Assembly (NCBI GenBank): GCA_016192345.1
Contig: JACPUH010000037.1
Coordinates: forward strand, 11,293 to 75,292
Reading direction: 5' to 3'
Origin: Ignavibacteriales bacterium
GTDB lineage: Bacteria > Bacteroidota > Ignavibacteria > UBA10030
Length of the DNA stretch: 64,000 nt
Shown here piece by piece: positions 46,070-55,469 of the stretch (the first letter of the stretch is position 1; each line of letters opens with the position of its first letter). The translations under genes were made by a program, and so were the position numbers. The notes beneath the pieces were generated by a model, which was not told the DNA's origin, did not search any database, and worked only from the letters and a program-made list of their open reading frames with translations.

Positions 46070-47794
46070 TCAGTAGGCGATTGAAAGTGTTTTTGTGACG
46101 ACGGCGGGTTCCAGGCCGTCGACCTCCACAATGATTTGATACAGATACAGACCAGGAGGGAGGAGACGACCGTTGTCATCCCGCCCGTCCCAGGGGATTG
46201 CATTCTGTTCGACATAGGCCTGGGCGGTCGATTTCGTATCCAGGAGAGTCTTGACGAGCCTGCCAGTCACGTCGTAAATCTTGACCTGGACGGGGCGCTC
46301 CTCCGTCAGGTTGGAAACGAAGAAGTTGAAGTACGTCTGGTCGTTCTTTCCGTCGCCGTTCGGGGTGAAAGGGTTCGGATCCGTGTGGGCGTCGACAATG
46401 ATCTTCTCAGGAACTCCCACCGCAGCGAGGGTCCAACTCTCCTGGTTGTTCGAGACCGTGGCATCCACCCGCTGCGGGTTTGTCGGGTTCTGGCGCGAAA
46501 TGGCCACGGAAGGGAAGACGGTTTGCTCAAGGAACGGCGTAAACCGGAACCCAACCACCACGGTGGCGTTGAAATTAATGGTGCTCCCGAACCCCACCAC
46601 GACCTGTCCGGCGCGGAGGGAGACATTGAACGGGATGTTCAGCTCGTTCACGGTGACGTTGTTGACGACAAGCGGGACATCGGTGAAAATGATGATCGTG
46701 TCGACACCGGTACTGCGCGAGTTCTGCTCCACGGTGACCCGGTACTGGAACTCTCCTTCCTTCAGGATCGGAGCCGATTGGGGCTCGACTGCCGCCGTTG
46801 CTTTGCTTGCCACGAGGAGCGTGTCGAAAGTGATCTTCACTTCATCGAGGCGCGGGGTCGCGATCGTGAACGTGTACAAATTAACGCGGTATTGCATGTA
46901 CCGCCGGGGTTCATAAACCGTAAAGAGCGAATTTGGTTCCGTCACTTCATCGCTCCAGGGGCTCCAGTTCGCATTCACATTCGGGGTGCTCCCGGTCCGT
47001 ACCTGCATGCGGATGGCGGTTCCGGCGGGGATGTCCCCGCCCCAGGCGGCCCTGTTCCAGTTCACGGATTGACCGGCGTCGCGCACGACGGAGGTGAAGT
47101 GCCCTTCGGAAAGATAGCCGGTGCCGTACACCTCGATCTCGCCAAAGGTCGTCGAGAACGGGTTCGTCAACGACGGGTCCTGCTTTTCCACGCGGATCAG
47201 CACATAGCGTGCGGTGTCGACCTCAAAGAAGTCATCGGTGTTGGCACGCTCGTTGTCCACCACCTGCTTGACCCTTCGGAAAGAAAGCGTATCAAGGCCG
47301 GTGAAAATGGAATATCCACGGATCCGGAAATTGATGCTGTTATTGGGGAAGGTTCGGATCACAACCCGGTTCACCGCGCGCACCGCCTGCAGATCGATCC
47401 GGATGAGGGTCTGTTCCTGCCCGGGGAGGAGCTCGAAGAACGAGTTTGCCGCAACCCTTCCGTCGATCATCAGCGAAGGATTGCTGGCGGTCGGGTGCGT
47501 TGAAACTTTCAAGGGGTCGGGGTTCGCATAGCGGACCACGATCTCCTTATTCAAGGCAAGATTGGTGTTCGTCCCGGTCTGGAGGATGATCCGGTCCGGA
47601 ATCGTGATCAAATCCACGTCGACCGTGTTGGCGGTATCCTGGATGCTTCGGAACGAGGTGTCGCGAAACTCAAGTTGGGCCTGTGCCATTTGGGCGGCAA
47701 GCAGAACGAACATGCCGACGAGGCTCCATGGGCGTCCCCCGGACAACGACCCCATGATCCGGTATCCCTGATGAACGTTGTTGTTGAACGACAT
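46070..47794 (-). CDS. Secreted discoidin/CBM-like protein with type-B-like (gliding-associated/FlgD) CTD; start 47794 or 47755
   Basis: NLAL..IDG..IDL..V..ARYV..EIEVYG; VRTG..WSPW..PRRYMQYR; PNPFTPNGDGKND..IYDVTGRLV..WDGRD..PGLYLY. Confidence 0.8.
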   Translation of the reverse strand: MSFNNNVHQGYRIMGSLSGGRPWSLVGMFVLLAAQMAQAQLEFRDTSFRSIQDTANTVDVDLITIPDRIILQTGTNTNLALNKEIVVRYANPDPLKVSTHPTASNPSLMIDGRVAANSFFELLPGQEQTLIRIDLQAVRAVNRVVIRTFPNNSINFRIRGYSIFTGLDTLSFRRVKQVVDNERANTDDFFEVDTARYVLIRVEKQDPSLTNPFSTTFGEIEVYGTGYLSEGHFTSVVRDAGQSVNWNRAAWGGDIPAGTAIRMQVRTGSTPNVNANWSPWSDEVTEPNSLFTVYEPRRYMQYRVNLYTFTIATPRLDEVKITFDTLLVASKATAAVEPQSAPILKEGEFQYRVTVEQNSRSTGVDTIIIFTDVPLVVNNVTVNELNIPFNVSLRAGQVVVGFGSTINFNATVVVGFRFTPFLEQTVFPSVAISRQNPTNPQRVDATVSNNQESWTLAAVGVPEKIIVDAHTDPNPFTPNGDGKNDQTYFNFFVSNLTEERPVQVKIYDVTGRLVKTLLDTKSTAQAYVEQNAIPWDGRDDNGRLLPPGLYLYQIIVEVDGLEPAVVTKTLSIAY

Positions 47795-47796
47795 AC

Positions 47797-48015
47797 TTAC
47801 GCTTCTTCTTCCTTGCCGTGGTTGAGTGTTCGTTGTGAGTAGAGAAGCAGGCCGCGGAAAATGCCGAACAGAAGGAGCACAATGCCCATCATCGTCCGAA
47901 GCCGGGAGGGAGTCTGGGGATTCAAGACAAACCCCATCAACACCAGACCTCCCAGGATCAGCATGCCGACCATGGTGCAATACCCGAACGCCCTGCGAAA
48001 CGTGATCTCCTTCAT
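47797..48015 (-). CDS. Small two-TM membrane protein
   Basis: 72 aa, two hydrophobic helices (G.VLLLFGIFR); start overlaps the exbD stop (ATGA). Confidence 0.7.
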   Translation of the reverse strand: MKEITFRRAFGYCTMVGMLILGGLVLMGFVLNPQTPSRLRTMMGIVLLLFGIFRGLLLYSQRTLNHGKEEEA

Positions 48016-48515
48016 GGAGTCGTGGCCACCACCTCCCCGATTATTTTTTTATCCTGGTCGAGGAGGGGAGCAATGCTAAAACGTGTGACATTGGTAAGGT
48101 TCAGTTCGTCGATCATTCGGACCATCGAAGCATATTTACTCTTTCGGTCCATCTTGATGAGCGTGATCATGGTCGGGTTCGCGTTGGAACGCTCGGTCAG
48201 GAACCCCTTGAGCTCCTCCCATGCGAGAGGTCGGGGAGAGTCGGTGCCGAAGTTCCAATAGATCGAACCCTGTTCCGTCACGCGCAACAACAGGAGACTC
48301 GCCTCGGTGATCTCTCCCTTGGATTCGCTCGGCGGGAGGTTGATCTCCATCACCTGGGGCAGACCGAAGGTCGTCGTGAGCATGAAAAAGGTCAGAAGGA
48401 GAAATGCCACGTCGACGAGCGGCGTCATGTCCAGTTTGACGCCTACACGACGCTTCTTTTTTCGTTTCCCCTTTTTCCCGTGTTGTCGACCACCGCCTAA
48501 GTCAACGGCACCCAT
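48012..48515 (-). CDS. exbD: Biopolymer transporter ExbD/TolR (second copy)
   Basis: LDMTPLVDVAFLLLTFFMLTTTF with conserved Asp; IK.D..SKY..MV..IDEL. Confidence 0.92.
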   Translation of the reverse strand: MGAVDLGGGRQHGKKGKRKKKRRVGVKLDMTPLVDVAFLLLTFFMLTTTFGLPQVMEINLPPSESKGEITEASLLLLRVTEQGSIYWNFGTDSPRPLAWEELKGFLTERSNANPTMITLIKMDRKSKYASMVRMIDELNLTNVTRFSIAPLLDQDKKIIGEVVATTP

Positions 48516-48518
48516 AGG

Positions 48519-48986
48519 TTACTCGTCTCTCGATAATTCTGTGACTAGCTCGAATCGCGCAATGTTTGCCTTCTGAAGCGCGTTCATGACATCCTCCGCC
48601 GGACCGTACATCGATTCTTTGTCCCCCTTGATCACCGTTCGCAGTTTCGGATTAACCGAGCGCGCTTCCTGCGCGAGCGAAGGGAGTTCCTCCAGCGTTA
48701 CCGGGATGGACTGTTTGAGTTTGTTCTGTTCCCCAAACAACTGCGCCCGTAGTTGCTGGGAGTCGACACCGAGGAAGATCTTGCCGTCGGGACTGAAGGT
48801 GATGGTCATAACATCAGATTCTGGAAGCTTGTACTTGGCGTGCGAGGAGGGGAGGTTGATCTCGACTTCTTCGAGAGGTTTGAACTTCGTCGTAAGCATG
48901 AAAAACGTCAGAAGGAGGAATGCGACGTCCACCAACGGAGTCATGTCGAGACTGACTCCAACCCGTTTTTTCTTGATTCTGCCCAT
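48519..48986 (-). CDS. exbD: Biopolymer transporter ExbD/TolR (first copy)
   Basis: Start 48986; LDMTPLVDVAFLLLTFFMLTTKF; IKGD...Y....VM..LQ. Confidence 0.92.
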   Translation of the reverse strand: MGRIKKKRVGVSLDMTPLVDVAFLLLTFFMLTTKFKPLEEVEINLPSSHAKYKLPESDVMTITFSPDGKIFLGVDSQQLRAQLFGEQNKLKQSIPVTLEELPSLAQEARSVNPKLRTVIKGDKESMYGPAEDVMNALQKANIARFELVTELSRDE

Positions 48987-49002
48987 GAGGGATCCACCGT
49001 CC

Positions 49003-49728
49003 TTACGATTCTTCGGTATCGGCGCTGAGAATTTCCATAATTTCAAAGACCGTTTCGTCGAGCATGAAGGTGAGACTGTCCACCTTGTTGACGAAAACGT
49101 TGTACGCAACAATGGCCATGATTGCGGCAAAGAGCCCCCCCGCCGTATTGATCAGGGCCTCGGAGATTCCAAGCGAAAGTTGCACCGCATCCGGCGCACC
49201 GGTGGAAGCAAGCGCCTGGAAAGATCGGATCATCCCAAGAGTGGTGCCGAGCAATCCGACCATCGTGGCGATGGAAGCGATCGTTGAGATGGCGATGAGG
49301 TTTTTTTCCAGGAGCGGCGTTTCAAGCGCCGTCGCTTCCTCGATAACCCGTCGCACTTCGGCAATCTGTTTTTCGTGAGAAAGACCCTTCTTTTGGGCAA
49401 AGAGATATCGGTCAAACGCCGCACGCAGGACGTTGGCACATACGCCGCCTTGTCGTTCGCACATACTTATCGCATCCTCATATTTCCTGGCCTGGACAGT
49501 GTCCACGATGTCTTTGAGGAACTTCTGAAGGGAATGCTTTCCCTCCGCCTTCCGCAGTGAAAGCGTCCGCTCGATGATAAATGTCATGACCATGATCGAA
49601 AGCGCGATAAGGCCGATGACGATATAACCGCCGTCTCGGATGAATTGCGGCAGCATGAAGAAATAAATAACCGCGGAAACGACCATCGACAGGACGAGCA
49701 GAGAGATGGTAAAGACCGATTGCTTCAT
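49003..49728 (-). CDS. exbB: MotA/TolQ/ExbB proton channel
   Basis: LEKNL..ISTIASIATMVGLLGTTLGMIRSF...GISEALINTAGGL. Confidence 0.93.
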   Translation of the reverse strand: MKQSVFTISLLVLSMVVSAVIYFFMLPQFIRDGGYIVIGLIALSIMVMTFIIERTLSLRKAEGKHSLQKFLKDIVDTVQARKYEDAISMCERQGGVCANVLRAAFDRYLFAQKKGLSHEKQIAEVRRVIEEATALETPLLEKNLIAISTIASIATMVGLLGTTLGMIRSFQALASTGAPDAVQLSLGISEALINTAGGLFAAIMAIVAYNVFVNKVDSLTFMLDETVFEIMEILSADTEES

Positions 49729-49820
49729 AGAGAAAGGCTCCAAATGACTGGGGGTGTGAACAGGCGCGCGGTGATATGCAACTGTTGTACCGGGGCAGGA
49801 CCTAACGCTCTACCGAAATG

Positions 49821-49849
49821 ATGTTACACGTATTTGGAAACAATTGCAA
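49821..49849 (-). promoter_or_regulatory. Sigma70-type promoter upstream of exbB
   Basis: Minus strand TTGCAA-17 nt-TAACAT. Confidence 0.5.
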
Positions 49850-49906
49850 CTGAAAATTCCCCACGAACAAAGGGAGATATCGCTTTTTTAGGAAAAGGGA
49901 TTCGCA

Positions 49907-51184
49907 TTATTCCGAAGACCGCATATGCTCGCGAGGCTCCTCCACTGGCAGGAGCAGCAGCAGTCCTGTCAGCAACAACAACCCGACCGAGAGGATGGCG
50001 ACACGCTGGTTGAAATTGGAGGAGATGAATCCAAAAACGGCAGGCCCGACAATAGCAGACGCCTTTCCGAAAAAAGAATAAAATCCGAAGAACTCAGTCT
50101 TTTTTTCAGCGGGGATGATCAGGGAGAAGAGGCTGCGGCTCGTCGATTGAGACGAACCCATCGCAACGCCGGCCAGCATTCCCAGAAGATAGAATACCGT
50201 CTTACTTTCGGTAAGGTAGGCGATCACGGTGATACCCAGCCAGAGAAGAAGAGAAATGTTCAGGATTTTCTTATGGCCGAACTTGTCGGCAAGGATGCCG
50301 AAACTCGACGAGCCGAGGATCGCTGTTGTCTGTACGATGGCGAAGAAGATCACGATTTCCGTGGCGTCCATCTTCAACGTCTCATAGGCAAAGATCGTCG
50401 AAAAGACAATGATCGTATTCACCGCATCGATGTAGACAAAATAGGAAAGGAGGAAGCGGCCCACATTTCTGTAACGGGGGAACTCCTTCAGGGTGTTCCA
50501 GAGCAGGCGGAAGCCGCTGGCGAACAGAGCGGGAGTAAGGCGTTCGTGCCGCTGCCGTTCCGGAACCAGAATGAGGAGTGGAGTGGCGAAAAGGGCGAAA
50601 AAGGCTGCCGCAATGAGAAATGTAATCCGGACGTTTGCCGCGTTCTGCAGGTCAAACCCCCCGGCGAGGAATGGGAATGAGACGGCGAGTGTGACAAGCG
50701 ATCCGATGTACCCCATGGCGAATCCGTACCCGGAGACGCGACCATAACTCCGCTCGGTAGTAATTTCGGGAAGGAAGGCATCGTAGAACACCAGTCCGGC
50801 TTCAAAGCCGATGTTGGCGAGGATCACCAACAGCATCCCGGGGATGATCATCCCTGCTTCCACGAAAAACAACCCAATGGTTGCGCCGATGCAAAGTGCG
50901 GTAAACAGAAAGAGAAACTTTTTTTTCCCTGCGCCGGAATCGGCCACCGCGCCAAGCACGGGGGAGAGCAGGACGACGCACAGCATCGAAATGCTGAACG
51001 ACGATCCCCACAGAAAGTCCGCCTGGGGGTCCGAACCGGTGACAATCGTTCTGAAATAGATGGGATAAACGACGGTGAGGATGATGACGTAAAACGCCGT
51101 GTTGACGAAGTCGAACAACGACCAGGAAAAAATTTGTGCCCTGGTGGCGGGGCGCTTCTCGCGGTCGGTACGCGGTTCCGTCAT
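49907..51184 (-). CDS. MFS transporter, UMF1/ATG22-like family
   Basis: W.LFDF.N, PVLGAVAD, VFYDAFLP, GRVSG.G.A.GY.G, SRSLFS..IP..EFFGFY..GK. Confidence 0.9.
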   Translation of the reverse strand: MTEPRTDREKRPATRAQIFSWSLFDFVNTAFYVIILTVVYPIYFRTIVTGSDPQADFLWGSSFSISMLCVVLLSPVLGAVADSGAGKKKFLFLFTALCIGATIGLFFVEAGMIIPGMLLVILANIGFEAGLVFYDAFLPEITTERSYGRVSGYGFAMGYIGSLVTLAVSFPFLAGGFDLQNAANVRITFLIAAAFFALFATPLLILVPERQRHERLTPALFASGFRLLWNTLKEFPRYRNVGRFLLSYFVYIDAVNTIIVFSTIFAYETLKMDATEIVIFFAIVQTTAILGSSSFGILADKFGHKKILNISLLLWLGITVIAYLTESKTVFYLLGMLAGVAMGSSQSTSRSLFSLIIPAEKKTEFFGFYSFFGKASAIVGPAVFGFISSNFNQRVAILSVGLLLLTGLLLLLPVEEPREHMRSSE

Positions 51185-51657
51185 GCGATCGGCTTCTTTT
51201 TCGTGGAGGTCTCGAGCAACCCGCGACCGGTTTTCTTCACCCGGTCCCCTTTCTTCAGGTCGGCAAGAATGGAATCCAGCACGCCGTTCACAAACTTGTC
51301 GCTTTTTTCCGTGCTGTAGCGCCGGGCGATTTCAATCGCTTCATTAATCGAGACTTTGGGGGGAATATCTTCAAAATAGAGAAGTTCACAGATTCCCATG
51401 CGGAGGATGATCCGGTCGATCACCGCCAGCCGGTTGAACTCCCAGTTGGCCACGCGTCCCTTGATCAAGGCATCAAGCTCCCCCTTGACCTCGATCGTTT
51501 TCAGGATGAGCTGTTTGGCAAGCTCGAACACCTCCGGTTCTTTCTTCAGCGGGGCGACAATATGCTCCAGGATCAGGTCGACCGATTCACCGGAGAGCTC
51601 ATGGGCATACAATGCCTGGAGCACCTTTTCCCTGATTTGTCTGCGTTTAATGGACAT
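51181..51657 (-). CDS. nusB: Transcription antitermination factor NusB
   Basis: RR..RE..LQALY, NW...R...IDR.ILR, IP.KVSINEAIEIA..YST..S.KFVNGVLD. Confidence 0.96.
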   Translation of the reverse strand: MSIKRRQIREKVLQALYAHELSGESVDLILEHIVAPLKKEPEVFELAKQLILKTIEVKGELDALIKGRVANWEFNRLAVIDRIILRMGICELLYFEDIPPKVSINEAIEIARRYSTEKSDKFVNGVLDSILADLKKGDRVKKTGRGLLETSTKKKPIA

Positions 51658-51714
51658 GGATTCGTCTGGACTCGTTTCTTGCGGGACCGGTCAGCGACCG
51701 GGCTCGGAGGTTGA

Positions 51715-52617
51715 TCAGCGTGCTCTGTTCCCGTGTTCCATGATTTGTTCCGGGATCAGCGATATTCGGATCGAAGAAGCTTGAGGATGCCGGTCGACAA
51801 GCACGCGTGCATGGAACACCGACTGAATGTTCGATTCCGTTAGAACGTCTTCCGGTGTACCCAACGCAACGATCGTCGATCCCGCCGCCCGCCTTTGGAA
51901 GGGTCTTCTTTCCCTTCCATCGGCAGATTCTCCGGCAGGGCCCGGATCCGGATGCTGCGGGGCAAGCAGCATGATCCGCTTGCTGAAGGTGGCAGCGAGA
52001 TTGAGGTCATGGGACACGGAAAGAATGGTCAGGCCCTTCTCGTGTTCGCGACGGAGGATTTGGAAGATATCGATCTGATGAGCAATATCCAGATGTGCGT
52101 TCGGCTCGTCGAGCAACAAGATCCTGGGTTGTTGGCAAAGGGCCCGCGCGATCAGGACGCGTTGTCGCTCCCCGCCCGAGAGAGCAGTTATCGGCTTCAT
52201 CGCCAAATGGTCAATATCGACAAGACTCATGACAGCGTGGGCAAGCTCGATGTCGTTCGCCCCTTCGAATCCGAACCGGCTGAGGTAGGGGGAGCGTCCC
52301 ATCAGCACGACTTCAAGAACGGTGAACGGGAATACCCAGAGCCCGTCCTGGGGAACATACGCGACTGTCCGGGCGATGTCGCTGCGACGGAGGGTGTTCA
52401 AAGGTCGGTCCCCGAGCGAGATGTTCCCTTCTCCCGGCAGAAGAATCCGGTTCAGCAGCTTCAGAAGAGTGGATTTGCCGGAACCGTTCGGTCCGAGCAG
52501 GCTGAGAAAATCGCCCGAAGGAACGTCGAAAGAAACATCGCGTAACACGGGAAGATCGTGGTAGCGGAAAGCAATGTGATCGACGCGAAGGTTCATGCGG
52601 GTGGTTTGAGAGAACAT
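51715..52617 (-). CDS. Iron/heme/cobalamin-type ABC transporter ATPase (FecE/HmuV-like)
   Basis: GPNGSGKST, LSGGERQR, LLLDEP, SHDLNLA; no permease gene nearby. Confidence 0.9.
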   Translation of the reverse strand: MFSQTTRMNLRVDHIAFRYHDLPVLRDVSFDVPSGDFLSLLGPNGSGKSTLLKLLNRILLPGEGNISLGDRPLNTLRRSDIARTVAYVPQDGLWVFPFTVLEVVLMGRSPYLSRFGFEGANDIELAHAVMSLVDIDHLAMKPITALSGGERQRVLIARALCQQPRILLLDEPNAHLDIAHQIDIFQILRREHEKGLTILSVSHDLNLAATFSKRIMLLAPQHPDPGPAGESADGRERRPFQRRAAGSTIVALGTPEDVLTESNIQSVFHARVLVDRHPQASSIRISLIPEQIMEHGNRAR

Positions 52618-52712
52618 GATCGAGCGAACAGGACGGCAGTACTTCTCACCGGGAAAAAGTGTTGATCAAAATAGGCAAAAAAGGAATCGGCTGCAAGTCA
52701 ACTCTGAGGCTC

Positions 52713-52741
52713 TTGACATCAATGTGCGTTCATGGTATATT
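52713..52741 (+). promoter_or_regulatory. Sigma70-type promoter of the thiamine operon
   Basis: TTGACA-17 nt-TATATT. Confidence 0.7.
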
Positions 52742-52770
52742 GGCGTAGTTCTTTTTATGTCAGTTGTTGT

Positions 52771-52867
52771 TTTTCCGTTAGGGGTGTCGCGTCGCTTCAG
52801 AGTGACGCGGCTGAGAGCAAACCCTTCGAACCTGAACTGGGTCATACCAGCGAAGGAAAACGGAAAA
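52771..52867 (+). ncRNA. TPP riboswitch (THI element)
   Basis: AGGGGTG...GCTGAGA..ACCCTT.GAACCTGA.CTGGGTCATACCAGCGAAGGA; P1 TTTTCCGTT/AACGGAAAA; upstream of TBDR and thiN. Confidence 0.95.
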
Positions 52868-52876
52868 TGGTGTATC

Positions 52877-52920
52877 AAAGCCGTTTTCCATGCTCCTTCG
52901 GAAAACGGCTTTTTTTATTT
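52877..52920 (+). terminator. Riboswitch expression-platform terminator
   Basis: AAAGCCGTTTTCC/GGAAAACGGCTTT stem followed by a T-tract. Confidence 0.88.
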
Positions 52921-52943
52921 CAAACGGATGGAGGGAGAGAACC

Positions 52944-55388
52944 ATGAGAAAAATATCATGCATCGCTGCGTTGTGTCTTTTCGGATTTTCCTTCGGTGCG
53001 GCGCAACCGGGGAGTATTACCGGGAGCGTGTTCGAAGGAGGGACCAAACGTCCGCTGGAATCGGCAAACATCCTGCTTCAGGGAACTTCCTTGGGAACAA
53101 CCTCCGACAGCGCAGGACAATTCCGGATCGATCATCTCCAACCGGGAGGCTACCGGGTGCAGGTGAGTTTCGTCGGCTATCGGACCAGGAGGCTCGACGT
53201 GATCGTGGGAGCGGGAGAAACGGTTTCGTTGGAGCTGGGACTGGAGCCGACGGTTCTGCCCGGCCAGACGATCGTGATTTCGGCCACGCGGGCGAGGGAG
53301 AGGGAGAACCCGGTGGCGTTTGCCACCCTGACGGCCGCCGACCTGAAAGAGCGGTACTCGACGCAGGACATCCCGCAACTTCTCTCGGAGCTTCCTTCCA
53401 CCACGTTTTATTCCGAGAATGGAAACGGGATCGGCTATAACTATCTCAATATCCGCGGTTTCGACCAGCGACGGATTTCCGTCATGATCAACGGGATCCC
53501 CCAGAACGACCCTGAGGATCATAACGTGTACTGGCTGGATTTTCCCGACCTTGCGGCGAACCTGGAGGATATGCAGGTGCAGCGCGGAGCGGGGAGCGCC
53601 TTTCATGGCCCCCCCGCAATCGGCGGCTCCGTGAATTTGATCACTTCGACCTTTGCCCGGACTCCCGGCATCGAACTTTCGCTCGGATCCGGAAGCTTTA
53701 CTACTCGCAAATATTCCGTTGCGGTCCAGTCCGGACTCGTGCAAAACAAGTACCAGGTGTACGGGCGCCTCTCACGCATCACAACGGAGGGATACCGCGA
53801 ACGCTCGTGGGCCGATTTCTCGAGTTACTTCCTGGGTGCGGTTCGGTACGATGAGTCCATGACCACGCAGTTCAACTTTTATGGCGGACCGGTAGCCGAC
53901 CACCTGGCCTACTACGGAATCTCAAAATCGGAGGCCTATTCCTCCGACCCCGGGATTCGCCGGCGCAATCCGATCGCCAGGCCGGAGGAGATCGAGAACT
54001 TCAGCCAGCCGCATTACGAACTCCTCCATGAATGGCGCGTGGATGAGAGGATCACGCTGAACAATGCGATCTTTCTCGTCACCGGTGAAGGGTTTTTTGA
54101 TTACGACGGATCGTGGGCACCGTATTCCTATTACCGGATCACCAGGGAAAATGGGTTCAACGTTGTCGGCGATCCGGAGGATCAGTATATCCCGAATGCG
54201 CTGATCCGTGCCTACGTCCGCAATACCCAGTACGGCTGGTTGCCGCGGGCGACGATCGAACACAACGGTGGTGCGTTGACGGTCGGTGCCGAATTCCGTA
54301 GTCATCGTTCCGTTCATTGGGGAGCTTTGCGCTGGGGTGAACAACTCCCCCCGGGGGTTACCCCCGACTATCATTATTATGAATATGAAGGGGCGAAGGA
54401 TATCGTTTCGGTGTACGCCCATGAAATGGTTCCACTCTCACCCGGCTTGATAGCGCAGCTGGATCTTCAATATGTTTTCAACCGATATCACCTGCGAAGT
54501 GAGAAGTACCTCGGTACGGAATTTTCTGTCCCGTACCACTTTCTGAACCCGCGCTTTGGTTTGAATTACAACATTACAGAGAAGCTGAATTTTTACACCC
54601 AGGTCTCCCGGACCTCACGCGAGCCGCGGTTGAAGAACCTCTATGACGCCGCTGAAGCGAGCACGCCCGCGTCATGGGGCGCGGTGACACCGCAGTTCGA
54701 AACGACTCCCGGTGGTCAGCATGATTTCAGTCGCCCCTTGGTGAAACCCGAAAAGCTGACCAGCATGGAGATCGGGGCGGGCTACACCGCCGGCAGTCTT
54801 CGTGTCGGAGCCAACGTCTATTATATGGACTTTACCGATGAGATCATCAAGAGTGGACAACTGGACCGTTTTGGCCAGCCCGTCACCGGGAATGCCGAAA
54901 AGACCCTTCATCAGGGGATTGAACTTACAGCGGCGACGCACCTCCTTGACGGACTCGAACTCTCCGGAACCATGACGGTGAGTCGGAACCGACTGACAAA
55001 GTACACAGTGTACGACGGCGGCACGCCGGTTGCCCTGAACGGCAACGCGATCGCAGGCTTCCCCGATTTCCTTGCCAATGGCCGCGCAACGTATCGCGCA
55101 GGAGCCTGGATATCAACACTTTCGTTTCAGCATGTCGGGGCTTTTTCGACGGATAATTTTCAGAACCCGGGGACCGGTGCAACCGATCCCGGCCGTACGG
55201 TCGATGCGTATACCGTCCTCCATGCGTGGCTGTCATACCAGATCCCGGTTTCGTTCGCACAGGAACTGGAGTTGAGGCTCCAGATCAACAACCTCTTGAA
55301 CAAGATCTATGCAGGCCATGGTGAGGGGGATGATTTTTTCCCCGCGGCAGAGCGGAATATCTTTGCTTCGATCCGTTTGAAGATGTAG
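52944..55388 (+). CDS. TonB-dependent receptor, probable thiamine uptake
   Basis: Start 52944 after GGAGGGAG; SENGNGIGY..LNIRGFD..RI.V.INGIP.NDPE.H.VYW; QRGAG; under TPP riboswitch. Confidence 0.9.
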   Translation: MRKISCIAALCLFGFSFGAAQPGSITGSVFEGGTKRPLESANILLQGTSLGTTSDSAGQFRIDHLQPGGYRVQVSFVGYRTRRLDVIVGAGETVSLELGLEPTVLPGQTIVISATRARERENPVAFATLTAADLKERYSTQDIPQLLSELPSTTFYSENGNGIGYNYLNIRGFDQRRISVMINGIPQNDPEDHNVYWLDFPDLAANLEDMQVQRGAGSAFHGPPAIGGSVNLITSTFARTPGIELSLGSGSFTTRKYSVAVQSGLVQNKYQVYGRLSRITTEGYRERSWADFSSYFLGAVRYDESMTTQFNFYGGPVADHLAYYGISKSEAYSSDPGIRRRNPIARPEEIENFSQPHYELLHEWRVDERITLNNAIFLVTGEGFFDYDGSWAPYSYYRITRENGFNVVGDPEDQYIPNALIRAYVRNTQYGWLPRATIEHNGGALTVGAEFRSHRSVHWGALRWGEQLPPGVTPDYHYYEYEGAKDIVSVYAHEMVPLSPGLIAQLDLQYVFNRYHLRSEKYLGTEFSVPYHFLNPRFGLNYNITEKLNFYTQVSRTSREPRLKNLYDAAEASTPASWGAVTPQFETTPGGQHDFSRPLVKPEKLTSMEIGAGYTAGSLRVGANVYYMDFTDEIIKSGQLDRFGQPVTGNAEKTLHQGIELTAATHLLDGLELSGTMTVSRNRLTKYTVYDGGTPVALNGNAIAGFPDFLANGRATYRAGAWISTLSFQHVGAFSTDNFQNPGTGATDPGRTVDAYTVLHAWLSYQIPVSFAQELELRLQINNLLNKIYAGHGEGDDFFPAAERNIFASIRLKM

Positions 55389-55469
55389 ATTGAACGGCAG
55401 TGCCCGACGCAAGGGGGGCGACCGCGAAGGGATCCACCGCTCCACAACTTCTATGACAAAGTTCCCGGC

